NCBI GenBank assembly: GCA_965261735.1
Contig: OZ253470.1
Location: 3,168,001-3,232,000, forward strand
Length of the DNA: 64,000 bases
Direction: 5' to 3'
From: Alphaproteobacteria bacterium
GTDB lineage: Bacteria; Pseudomonadota; Alphaproteobacteria; SHVV01
In this document: positions 10,755-19,971 of the stretch, piece by piece
How the letters are laid out: the number at the start of each line of letters is the position of its first letter
How positions within the stretch are numbered: position 1 is the stretch's first letter
Notes under the pieces: model-generated
Told to the model about the DNA's origin: nothing
Databases searched by the model: none
What the model saw: the letters and a program-made list of their open reading frames with translations, nothing else
Translations under genes and position numbers: made by a program

Positions 10755-10783
10755 AATATACGTGCGCTAACGGTCAGTTTCAA
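10755..10783 (-). promoter_or_regulatory. sigma70-like promoter for the transposase, probably leaderless
   Basis: Minus strand reads TTGAAA-17 nt-TATATT, then 6 nt to ATG 10748, with no Shine-Dalgarno. Confidence 0.5.
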
Positions 10784-10834
10784 GACATTTCAACCAGTGT
10801 GTGTGAAACACATACATGGGAAAGGGCGGTCGGA

Positions 10835-11060
10835 TCGGGGTTGCTCGAATTCCCGAACATCTGTATATGATGAACCCGCGACGCTGAAGACGTCGCGGGT
10901 TCTAACCAATCCCGATGCAGGGGCAAGATAGAGCGGGGTTTAAAAAGATGGGTCCGACATTTTAGAACCCGCCCGAAGCCGGTCTCAACCGGCTTCGGGC
11001 ACCCCGCCTGCGGAGGTGGCATGACGTGCCACCTCCGCAGGCCTCCTTCTACCAGAAGCA
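10835..11060. ncRNA. putative structured RNA or leader inside the IS1 element
   Basis: Perfect stems at 10872-10902 (12 bp), 10971-11000 (13 bp) and 11006-11042 (16 bp); enclosing stem 10835-10844/10907-10916; imperfect stem 10932-10972. Confidence 0.45.
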
Positions 11061-11073
11061 GGGGGCGGCGACA

Positions 11074-11628
11074 ATGGTCGACAAATCAAACGCGTACGAT
11101 CTTGTGATTGCTGACCTGAAGCGTCAGCGCTCAGAGATAGACGCCATGATTGCCAAATTGGAGGCCATGGCTGGCGAACAGGTAATTCCACCTACTGATG
11201 CGCCTGATGCTCCGCCGAGCGAAGGCGATCCGGGTGGTCGGTCAGATCCCGAGAACAATCCGTATTTGGGTATGCGTGTAGCGGACGCTACGGTCTTGTT
11301 GTTGAAGAAGACGCGGAGGGCGATGGGTCCTTCGGAGATCGTGCAACATCTTGAGGCCGGCGGCCTTTTACTGAGCGGCAGCAACAGGCCGGGTACGATC
11401 ACGACGATCCTCAGTCGCCGTCAGGGGAAAAATGGCGATCTGGTGCGGCCGAGACGCGGCCAGTGGGGCCTGAAAGAATGGTACCCTGGACGGAACTTCG
11501 GAAAGACCGACGGAGCCGACAAGAACAACTCCAACGACGAGGACGCCACCTCGAAGGCTAGCGTGACCACCGAGCCCGAACAGCCTTCCGAGCCGCGTCA
11601 GAGCGCTCCGCCGCCGTCAGACGACTAG
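11074..11628 (+). CDS. passenger protein: N-terminal coiled coil plus winged-helix (HARE-HTH-like) domain
   Basis: YDLVIADLKRQRSEIDAMIAKLE; ATVLLLKKTRRAMGPSEIVQHLEAGG...TILSRR...LVRPRRGQWGLKEW. Confidence 0.7.
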   Translation: MVDKSNAYDLVIADLKRQRSEIDAMIAKLEAMAGEQVIPPTDAPDAPPSEGDPGGRSDPENNPYLGMRVADATVLLLKKTRRAMGPSEIVQHLEAGGLLLSGSNRPGTITTILSRRQGKNGDLVRPRRGQWGLKEWYPGRNFGKTDGADKNNSNDEDATSKASVTTEPEQPSEPRQSAPPPSDD

Positions 11629-11797
11629 CCCTCGCGCGGCCACCGACTTGGCCACCCTTGCGGCCCCTCTCGACTGCGGAGGGGTCTTTCTCTTGGGGGC
11701 CTGTGCCTGTGTCTGTCTCTTCGACCTCGCCCGTCGCCAAGTCCACGATGTGCTTGGCGAGCTGGTTGGTGTCGCGGGGCCTCTTGCGCTTCGACAT
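11558..11797 (-). CDS. small basic passenger protein with KGG-like motif
   Basis: MSKRKRPRDTNQLAKHIVDLATGE...AVERGRKGGQVGGRARASRLTAAERSDAARKAVRARW; reads inward from the right terminal repeat. Confidence 0.7.
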   Translation of the reverse strand: MSKRKRPRDTNQLAKHIVDLATGEVEETDTGTGPQEKDPSAVERGRKGGQVGGRARASRLTAAERSDAARKAVRARWSR

Positions 11798-11961
11798 CCC
11801 ATGAATATGGCACGCCTCGGCCCGAACGGCTAGGGTTCGGCCAACGGTCCGACATTTCACACTGACCCACTACCTGCGGCGCGGGCGCCGTTTGACGCCT
11901 GTCCGGGTTGGTGTACGATGCCGACGCGCCGAGGCGCCGTCATTCACCGTTGAGGCTACCC

Positions 11962-12774
11962 ATGGCCGCTTCCGCCCCCCTGATGGCCGGCAAGAAGGGG
12001 CTGATCATGGGCATCGCCAATGACCGCTCGCTCGCCTGGGGTATCGCCCGCACGGTTGCCGCGCACGGCGCCGAACTCGCGCTCACCTACCAGGGCGAGG
12101 CCCTCGGTCGCCGCGTCCTGCCGCTCGCGGAAGAGGTCGGCGCCCGCCCTGTGATTCCGTGCGACGTCGCTGACGAGGCGAGCCTCGATGCGGTCTTCAG
12201 CAGCCTCTCGGAGGCGTGGGGGTCGCTCGATTTCGTGGTCCACGCCATCGCCTACTCGGACAAGGAGCAGCTCAAGTCGCGCTATTGCGACACCACGGCC
12301 GATAATTTCGCCACGACCCTGGAGATCTCCTGCTACTCGTTTACCGCCGTGTGCCAGAGGGCGGCACCACTGATGCAGGACGGTGGCAGCCTGCTGACGC
12401 TGACCTATTTCGGCGCCGAGAAGGTGGTTCCGCACTACAACGTCATGGGTGTCGCCAAGGCCGCGCTCGAAGCCAGCGTCCGCTATCTCGCCGTCGATCT
12501 CGGCGAGCGGGGCATTCGGGTCAACGCGATCTCCGCCGGGCCGATCAAGACTCTCGCTGCTTCCGGCATCGGCGATTTCCGCTACATCCTCAAGTGGAAC
12601 GAGTACAACGCACCGCTCAAGCGCAACGTCACCATCGACGAGGTCGGCGGCGCCGCGCTCTATCTCATGAGCGATCTTGGGCGCGGCGTGACCGGCGAGA
12701 TCCATCACGTCGATTCGGGCTACCACATCGTCGGTATGAAGGCGGTCGACGCCCCCGACATCGCCACCGTTTAG
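11962..12774 (+). CDS. fabI: enoyl-ACP reductase
   Basis: GLIMGIANDRSLAWGIA, YNVMGVAKAALE, SAGPIKTLAASGI. Confidence 0.95.
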   Translation: MAASAPLMAGKKGLIMGIANDRSLAWGIARTVAAHGAELALTYQGEALGRRVLPLAEEVGARPVIPCDVADEASLDAVFSSLSEAWGSLDFVVHAIAYSDKEQLKSRYCDTTADNFATTLEISCYSFTAVCQRAAPLMQDGGSLLTLTYFGAEKVVPHYNVMGVAKAALEASVRYLAVDLGERGIRVNAISAGPIKTLAASGIGDFRYILKWNEYNAPLKRNVTIDEVGGAALYLMSDLGRGVTGEIHHVDSGYHIVGMKAVDAPDIATV

Positions 12775-12801
12775 GCGAGACGCCGGCAGGCCTCAGCCAC
12801 G

Positions 12802-13872
12802 ATGTCGGACAACAGCTTCGGCACCCTGTTCCGCGTCACCACCTGGGGCGAAAGCCACGGGCCGGCGATCGGCTGCGTCGTCGACGGCACGCCGCCCGGC
12901 ATCGCGCTCGCCGAACCCGACATCCAGAAGTGGCTCGACCGCCGCCGCCCCGGCGCTTCGCGCTTCACCAGCCAGCGCCGCGAGCCCGACACCGTGCGCA
13001 TCGAGGCCGGCGTCTTCGAGGGCCACACCACCGGCATGCCGATCAGCCTCCTGATCGACAACGTCGATTCGCGCACCGGAGACTATACCGACATCAAGGA
13101 CAGCTACCGGCCCGGCCATGCCGACTACACCTACCAGGTTAAATACGGTATCCGCGACTACCGCGGCTCGGGCCGCGCCTCGGCGCGCGAGACGGCGATG
13201 CGCGTCGCCGCCGGCGCCGTCGCGCGCAAGGTTCTCGGCGAGGGGGTCACGATCCGGGGCGCCCTCGTCCAGATCGGGACCCAAAGCATCGAGCGTGCGC
13301 GCTGGGACTGGGACGCGGTCGAGCAAAACCCCTTCTGGTGCCCCGACGCCGAGACCGCCGCCGCCTGGGAGGGTTACCTCGACGGGATTCGCAAAGAGGG
13401 ATCGTCGGTGGGCGCGGTCATCGAGGTAGTGGCGAGCGGCGTACCCGCGGGCCTCGGCGCGCCCGTCTACGGCAAGCTCGATGCCGACCTCGCCGCCGCG
13501 CTGATGAGCATCAACGCGGTCAAGGGCGTGGAGATCGGCGAGGGGTTCGGCGCCGCAGCGCTGACCGGCGCCGCCAACGCCGATGAAATGCGCATGGCGG
13601 ACGGCCAGGTCACCTTCCTCGCCAATCATGCCGGCGGCGTCCTCGGCGGTATCTCGACCGGCCAGGACGTCGTCTGCCGTTTCGCCGTCAAGCCGACCTC
13701 GTCGATCCCGACGCCGCTCAGGACCGTCGATGTCCACGGCAACGAGATCGAGATCAAGACCACCGGCCGCCACGACCCCTGCGTCGGCATTCGCGCGGTG
13801 CCGGTGGGCGAGGCCATGCTCGCTTGCGTCCTCGCCGACCACACCTTGCGCCAGCGCGCGCTCGGGGTGTGA
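12802..13872 (+). CDS. aroC: chorismate synthase
   Basis: [28 protein letters not shown]. Confidence 0.97.
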   Translation: MSDNSFGTLFRVTTWGESHGPAIGCVVDGTPPGIALAEPDIQKWLDRRRPGASRFTSQRREPDTVRIEAGVFEGHTTGMPISLLIDNVDSRTGDYTDIKDSYRPGHADYTYQVKYGIRDYRGSGRASARETAMRVAAGAVARKVLGEGVTIRGALVQIGTQSIERARWDWDAVEQNPFWCPDAETAAAWEGYLDGIRKEGSSVGAVIEVVASGVPAGLGAPVYGKLDADLAAALMSINAVKGVEIGEGFGAAALTGAANADEMRMADGQVTFLANHAGGVLGGISTGQDVVCRFAVKPTSSIPTPLRTVDVHGNEIEIKTTGRHDPCVGIRAVPVGEAMLACVLADHTLRQRALGV

Positions 13873-13907
13873 GCGCCTTCAGCGCGGCCGCGCCTCTCCA
13901 ACCGGCC

Positions 13908-15281
13908 CTACGCCCCGCGTGCCCTGTCGTTTGCCGCCCGTGCGCCATCCGCATCGCCGAGCGCCTCGCACGCCTGCGCCGTGCGCCGCCAGCTGCGCGG
14001 CGCCTGGGGCTTGAGCGCCGTGCGCTCGGCGAGCAGTGCACGGGCGAGCGTAGGGCGGCCGGCCCGGAGCGCAGCCTCGATCAGCATTTCGGCGAAGACG
14101 TCGCGCTGGGCGTGACTGCCGCCTACTCGCACGATCTCGTAGCGAATCGATAGTAAGCTATCGATGCACGCATCAAAAGCTCCGCGCCCGTACGCGAGAA
14201 CCGCCCCGCACAGGGGTAGCGCGACCTCGGACCACAGCTCGGCATCGGCGCGCGGCCCGCCCGCGACGGCGCGCATGGAGTCCAGCATCTCGGCGCACGC
14301 CGCTTCGCGCCCCTCTGCCGCCAACGCCATGATGAAATGGGCGTCGGCGAAGGCGAGAACGTGATCGTGGCCGCGGGCTTCCGCCGTGTCCGCGAGCTCA
14401 GCCCAGCGCTCGCCCACGTCGATCCCGTCGTGCTCGAGCCGCCACAGCATCGAGACCGCATTGCTGACGTCGAGATAATCGTCCGAGGGCTCGGTCCGCA
14501 CGCGGGAATCGTACAGCAACAGTACCTCGTCGACCTCGCCGAGCTCGAGGTGGAACAGGGAGCGGTGCCACCACAGATGGTAGGCGAAGCTGTTGCAGCC
14601 CGACCAGCTCCCCTCCAGCCCGGCAATCCAGTCGACCCCCTCGCGCGCGCGTCCGTGCATCTCCATGACGTGCGCTACCGCATGGACGGCCCAGGGATCG
14701 GCCGCATTGAGCGCCACGGCGCGCCGCCCGACCTCCTCCGCGGCGGCGTAGTCGCCTGCCTCCTCGAGCCCGAACGCATAGGCGCCGAGCACGAAGCCGT
14801 AGCCCGGCACATCCTCGTCCCAGGCCGGGAGGACGCGGGCGATCGAATCGCGCATGTTGCGGGCATCGCCGCGGTAGAAATGGGCGAATCCAGCGAGCCT
14901 GAGCGCGAGCATGTCGCGCGGGTGATCTAGCAGGATGGCCTCCCAGGCCTCGCCCGCGGCGGCGAGGCCGCGCTCGCACCACGCTGCGAGGGCGGTGACG
15001 TGCTGGCGCTCGCGCTCGGTCGCCCCGTGGGCCGCCGCGGACTGGGCGGCGGCCAAGCTCTGCGCCGCGCGCGAATCGAGCGCCGGATTGCAGAAGAGCT
15101 GGAAGAAGTAGCCCTTGAGGCAATGGCCGAGAACGAGCTCGGGATCGGCCGCCAGCGTCTCCTTCAGGCGCGCGCCGGTATCGCGCGCGAAGCCAAGATA
15201 GGCGGTGATCGTCTCGTCGTAGTGGCGCACGGCCGCCTCGCTGGCGGCAGTGGTCTCCAGGCCGCGCTGATCACTGTGCAT
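13908..15281 (-). CDS. TPR protein (TTC38-like)
   Basis: AFGLEEAG, DPWAVHAVAHVMEM, HLWWH, VGGSHAQRDVF. Confidence 0.85.
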   Translation of the reverse strand: MHSDQRGLETTAASEAAVRHYDETITAYLGFARDTGARLKETLAADPELVLGHCLKGYFFQLFCNPALDSRAAQSLAAAQSAAAHGATERERQHVTALAAWCERGLAAAGEAWEAILLDHPRDMLALRLAGFAHFYRGDARNMRDSIARVLPAWDEDVPGYGFVLGAYAFGLEEAGDYAAAEEVGRRAVALNAADPWAVHAVAHVMEMHGRAREGVDWIAGLEGSWSGCNSFAYHLWWHRSLFHLELGEVDEVLLLYDSRVRTEPSDDYLDVSNAVSMLWRLEHDGIDVGERWAELADTAEARGHDHVLAFADAHFIMALAAEGREAACAEMLDSMRAVAGGPRADAELWSEVALPLCGAVLAYGRGAFDACIDSLLSIRYEIVRVGGSHAQRDVFAEMLIEAALRAGRPTLARALLAERTALKPQAPRSWRRTAQACEALGDADGARAANDRARGA

Positions 15282-15399
15282 TGCCTGCCCTCCTCCACCC
15301 CAACCTAGTCCTCCCGGTATTGCATCGGCAACGGCCGTACGCTTGTCTCGACACGGCCCAGACCCTACTGTCGGGCGGTCGGCGGCTCGGACAATCCCA

Positions 15400-16596
15400 A
15401 TGGACCATCGCCTCAGCAATGCGCAAGAGGACCTGAAGGCGCGGGCGCGGGCGCTCGCCGAGGGTGATATCGCGGCGCGCGCGGCCGAGGTCGACCGCAG
15501 CGAGGCATACCCCTGGGGCAACGTCGCGGCGCTCGGCGGTGCCGGCTTTCTCGGCATGACCATCCCCGAGGACTACGGCGGGCAGGGCCTCTCCTACCTC
15601 GACGCCGTCCTCGTCATCGAGGAGATGGCCAAGGCCTGCGGCGTCACCGCGCGCATCGTCGTGGAGGCCAACATGGGCGCGATCGGCGCCATCATGGCTT
15701 ACGGCAGCGAGGAGCAGAAGCGGCTCGCCGCGGACCTCGTGCTCGGCGGCGACAAGCCGGCGATCTGCATCACTGAACCCGACGCCGGCAGTGCCGCCAC
15801 CGACATGACGACGCGCGCCGACCGACGCGGCGACCGCTACATGCTCAACGGCCGCAAGCACTGGATCACCGGCGGCGGCGTCTCACGGCTCCACCTCGTG
15901 TTCGCACGCGTCTACGACGAGGCCGGCGCCGAGCTCGGCATCGGCGGCTTCATCGCCCTGCGCGACGAAGACACCGGCCTCGTAATCGGCCACCGCGAGC
16001 CGGCGATGGGATTGCGCGGCCTGCCGGAGACCGAAATCCTGTTCCAGGACATGGAGCTTCCGGCGGCGCGGCTTGTCGTGCCGCCGCGCGGACTCGCCCG
16101 GGGCTTCGCCGACCTGATGCGGGCCTATAACGGCCAGCGGGTGGGCGCGGCCACGGTGGCGCTCGGCATCGCCGAGGGTGCGTTCCGGCTCGCGCTCGCC
16201 TACGCCCAGCAGCGCGAGCAGTTCGGCCGCCCGATCGCCGAGTTCCAGGGTCTGCAATGGATGCTGGCAGACATGTCGACAAAGTTGGCGGCCGCGCGCG
16301 CGCTCATCCACAAGGCGGCCACCGGCGGGGATGCGGGCTTTCCGGACGTGCTCGAGGCGGCACAGGCCAAGATCTTCGCCTCCGAACGCGCGATCGAGGT
16401 GACCAACGACGCGCTCCAGATCTTCGGCGCCGCCGGCTATTCGCGGGCGCGCCCGCTCGAGCGCATGGTGCGCGATGCGCGCATGTTCACCATCGGCGGC
16501 GGCACGGCGCAGGTCCTGCGTAACCTCGTCGCCTCGCGCCTGTTAGGCCGCAGCCTGCCGCAGACGCGCGAGGGTTATGTGGGGGCGCAGCCATGA
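15400..16596 (+). CDS. acdA: acyl-CoA dehydrogenase-fold protein, 3-sulfinopropanoyl-CoA desulfinase-like
   Basis: YPWGNV, IEEMAKAC, GDKPAICITEP, WITGGGVSRLHL, AYNGQRVGA, RDARMFTIGGGTAQ and C-terminal LPQTREGY match my recollection of the Advenella AcdA subfamily. Confidence 0.75.
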   Translation: MDHRLSNAQEDLKARARALAEGDIAARAAEVDRSEAYPWGNVAALGGAGFLGMTIPEDYGGQGLSYLDAVLVIEEMAKACGVTARIVVEANMGAIGAIMAYGSEEQKRLAADLVLGGDKPAICITEPDAGSAATDMTTRADRRGDRYMLNGRKHWITGGGVSRLHLVFARVYDEAGAELGIGGFIALRDEDTGLVIGHREPAMGLRGLPETEILFQDMELPAARLVVPPRGLARGFADLMRAYNGQRVGAATVALGIAEGAFRLALAYAQQREQFGRPIAEFQGLQWMLADMSTKLAAARALIHKAATGGDAGFPDVLEAAQAKIFASERAIEVTNDALQIFGAAGYSRARPLERMVRDARMFTIGGGTAQVLRNLVASRLLGRSLPQTREGYVGAQP

Positions 16597-16916
16597 AGCC
16601 TGGATCCGATGCGGACGGCGGGGCGCGGACGGTGCATTGGCTCGACCACGTCCGCGCCTATCACGTCCTGCTCGTCTGCCTCGCCCTGGGGCTCGCGGTC
16701 AACCTACTTCGCTACGGCGCCGCCTTCATCGACTTCGTGCTCGGCGCGGCCGGTATCGGCGCCGGCGTTTTTGCCATTTCGGGGGCTGTCGCGGGAGCCC
16801 TCTACTATTTCCGCCGCGAGCCGCCCGTGCGCCGCCGCACCATCATGTTTCTATGGCTCGCCGCCACCGCCGTGCTCGCGTTCGCGAGCCTTTACGCCCT
16901 GCCCCCGGTCGGCTAA
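16593..16916 (+). CDS. small hypothetical membrane protein
   Basis: Three hydrophobic segments; start overlaps the acdA stop (ATGA). Confidence 0.6.
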   Translation: MKPGSDADGGARTVHWLDHVRAYHVLLVCLALGLAVNLLRYGAAFIDFVLGAAGIGAGVFAISGAVAGALYYFRREPPVRRRTIMFLWLAATAVLAFASLYALPPVG

Positions 16917-16945
16917 GGACGCCAGCGCGACAGCGCCGTGGAAGC

Positions 16946-19084
16946 TCAGGGTCGGATTTCGATCTCGCGGCTTACGCGGGCCACCGTCTTGGCGCCGCCG
17001 GCCACGGTGCGCTCGATCCAGTACTCCGCGCGGTAGGTGCCGATAGGCCAGGCGCCGCCCTTTCGCCTCTTGCCGGAATAGGACATCCACTGGGCCTTGT
17101 GGCGGTCCACCTTGCTCAGCCGCGACTCGAGAACGACCCGCCCCGCGGGACCCACGATCCTGAACACCTCGACGTCACCGGCATGGATGCCATAGACCAG
17201 CGCCCACAGAATCAGGGCCGGAGCGTCCGCGGCCAGGGCCGCCGTGCGGTAGCGGCCGGCCAAGACCCCTTTCAACTTCGGCGCCGTATCGGTGAGGCCC
17301 GCGGCGAGGACTCCGGTTTCGACATAGGCCAAACCCTCCGCCGCCGCCTCACTCCACATCGGCGCCGCAGTCGAGCCACAAGCGGTCGCGGCCAGCGCGC
17401 CCGCGAAGGGGTCGATCACGGCCTTGTCGCGGCGTACCTCGAAATGCACGTGGGGGAAGGTCGCCTGGCCCGACTGGCCAATCAGCCCGAGCCGCTGGCC
17501 CTTGTCGACGCGCTGCCCGCGCCGGACCGCGACGCTGTCGCGACGGAGATGACAGTACTGGCTCACCCAGCCACCGCCGTGGTCGATCAGGACCCCATTG
17601 CCACATTCGCGTCCCTCGACCGCCGGGTCGCCGCGGCCCGATACGCCGTCGTCCGACATACCATCACGCACGCCGCGAACGGCCCCCGGCGCGGCGGCGG
17701 CGACGGCGATGCCCTTGCGCATGGTGAGGAGATCGGGAACCCGGATGTCGGTTCCCTTGTGGCCGTCGTAGGTCAGGAGCCCACAGGCGTGATCGCGCGC
17801 AACCGGCCCGGGCTCCCGGTCGACGTAGTTCTGGACGAAGCACACGCGCTCCATCTCGCAATCGACAGGTAGATCGATCCTTGCCTATCCGGTTTACACC
17901 CACACCCACTAGGGCTAGAATGGGCGCAACCCGGATATAGGGGAGCGCGCCATGGATGTTCTCGACCGCGCCGATCTCCCATTCCCGCATTCGCTACCCG
18001 AGTTCCAGCGACTTTTCCCCGATGATGCGGCCTGCGCCGCCTACCTGGAGAAAGCCCACTGGGGAGACGGCTTTGCCTGCCCGCACTGCGGCACGGCGGG
18101 AGAGCCGTTCCACTTTGAAAACCGCCCTGGCGTCCTGCGCTGCCGCAAGTGCCGCCAGAACACCGGGCTGACGGTGGGAACAGTGATGGAGCGTAGCCAC
18201 ACTCCGCTGAACGTCTGGTTCTGGGCCGCTTATCTGGTCGCCAGTCAGACGCCCGGCATGTCCGCCGTGCAGTTTCAGCGGTAACTTGGTCTTTCGCGCT
18301 ACGAGACGGCCTTTCAAATTCTCCACAAGCTCCGCTCGGGCATGGTGCGGCCCAACCAAGACAGGATCGGTGGACAGCCCAAGAACCATGTTGAGGTGGA
18401 CGAAACCTGGGTTGGCGGGCGAACGCGTGGGGAAGGCCGTGGTGTTCACCACAAGGTTCCCGTCTCCTGTGCCATCGAGGTGCGTCATCGAAAGCCGGGC
18501 ACCAAGCTCGACAACCGGAAAGACGGACGCTATGCCGGACGCGTTCGGCTCGCCGTCGTGCTCGACCGTAGCGCCGAGTCGCTCTGTGGGTTCGTCGAGA
18601 GCACCGTCGCGCCGCGATCGCTGATCGTTACTGACGATTGGAGCGGCTATGCTGGCCTCGGTAAGCGCGGCTATGAGCACTTCGCTGTTGCCGAGTGTGG
18701 TGATCCAGAGGTTGCCGAGCAATACCTGCCGATCATCCATCTGGTTTTCGCCAACTTGAAGACGTGGCTGATCGGTATCCACCACGGCGTTAGCCACCAG
18801 CACCTACAAGCCTACCTCAACGAGTTCACCTTCCGCTTCAACAGGCGGTTCTACCCGTTCAACGCCTTCCGCTCATTGCTCGGCATCGCGGGCGACACCT
18901 CTGCTCCAACCTATGCCGAGCTTTACTCGGGAGAGTGGCGGCACCCTACATGTAGCGGTCATGGGCGTTAACCGGATAGGCAAGCTTCGAAGCGCGGGCC
19001 CGGCTCGGCCGCGACGGCCGAGCCGAAGAGGAGGGCAGCGAGCGAACCCGCGAGGAGGGGCGCCCGGATGGCCATGGGTGTCAT
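16946..19084 (-). pseudogene. M23-family metallopeptidase interrupted by IS1595
   Basis: Catalytic part 16946-17879 (DLPVDC...TYDGHKGTD, YCHL, FPHVHF). The signal peptide MTPMAIRAPLLAGSLAALLFGSAVAAEPGPRF lies at 19084-18985, on the far side of the IS. Confidence 0.8.
17880..18984 (+). mobile_element. IS1595-family element; transposase 17952-18971 has a nonsense codon at 18282-18284
   Basis: Inverted repeats CTTGCCTATCCGGTTTACACCCA / TGGGCGTTAACCGGATAGGCAAG; zinc ribbon CPHC...CRKC; VEVDETWVGG, IVTDDW, YLNEFTFRFNRR; TAA within QFQR*LGL. Confidence 0.9.
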
Positions 19085-19095
19085 TCCTCGCCCGC

Positions 19096-19851
19096 TCACC
19101 GGGCTCTTTGTTTGAACTCAGCCGCGATCAGGAACTCCCGGTTGCCGTCCGCGCCGGTGATCGGGCTTTCGGTAAGTCCAAGGACGCGCCAGCCCGGCTG
19201 CGCCGCGAGCCAGGCCTCGATGCGCCGGCAGACCTCCGTTTGCAGCGCCTCTTCACGCACGACGCCGCCCCGGCCTACACGCCCCCGCCCGACCTCGAAC
19301 TGCGGCTTGATGAGGGCCACGAGCCGGGCCCCCGGCGCCGCCAATCCCAGCGCCGCCGGCAGTGCGAGCTCGAGGCCGATGAAGCTCACGTCGCACACGA
19401 TCAGGCCGACGGGCTCGGGCACTTGGCGCAGCGTCAGGTGCCGGGCGTTGGTCCGCTCCAGCAGGACGACGCGGCCATCTTGGCGCAGCTTCCACGCGAG
19501 CTGGCCGCGGCCGACGTCGACCGCGTAGACGCGGGCCGCGCCACGGTCGAGGAGTACATCGGTGAAACCGCCCGTCGAGGCGCCGATATCGAGCGCGATG
19601 AGCCCGGCCGCATCGATAGCGAAGTGATCGAGCGCATGGGCGAGCTTGACGCCGCCGCGGCTGACCCACGGGTGGTCGAGCGATTTCACCTCGAGCGGCG
19701 CGTCGGCCGCGAGCGGCAAGCCAGCCTTGTCGAGCCGGCGCGTGCCGCTGTAGACCTTGCCAGCCATGACGAGCGCGCAGGCGCGGGCGCGGCTTGGCGC
19801 CATACCGCGCTCGACCAGAATCACATCGAGGCGCTGCTTGGCGATCGACAT
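19096..19851 (-). CDS. tlyA: TlyA-family rRNA methyltransferase
   Basis: WVSRGGVKL, DIGASTGGFTD, DVSFI, LIKPQFE, SPITGADGNREF. Confidence 0.93.
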   Translation of the reverse strand: MSIAKQRLDVILVERGMAPSRARACALVMAGKVYSGTRRLDKAGLPLAADAPLEVKSLDHPWVSRGGVKLAHALDHFAIDAAGLIALDIGASTGGFTDVLLDRGAARVYAVDVGRGQLAWKLRQDGRVVLLERTNARHLTLRQVPEPVGLIVCDVSFIGLELALPAALGLAAPGARLVALIKPQFEVGRGRVGRGGVVREEALQTEVCRRIEAWLAAQPGWRVLGLTESPITGADGNREFLIAAEFKQRAR

Positions 19852-19971
19852 GTCGGCGTCCCTTGCCCTCGACGCGCGCCCTACCGCGCCACAGGGGCGG
19901 CGGCATCGCGAGTCCATACACCGTCGTCGGAGGGTATCTGGTCGCGCGCGGGCCCGCCCGGCGCCATCGCT

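Larger units (their letters stand above)
9858..11874 (-). mobile_element. IS1-family (ISMhu11-like) element with passenger genes, 2017 bp
   Basis: Terminal inverted repeats GGTAGTGGGTCAGTTTGAA (from 9858) and TTCACACTGACCCACTACC (ending 11874); 8-bp target duplication TGCGGCGC at 9850-9857 and 11875-11882. Confidence 0.9.
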
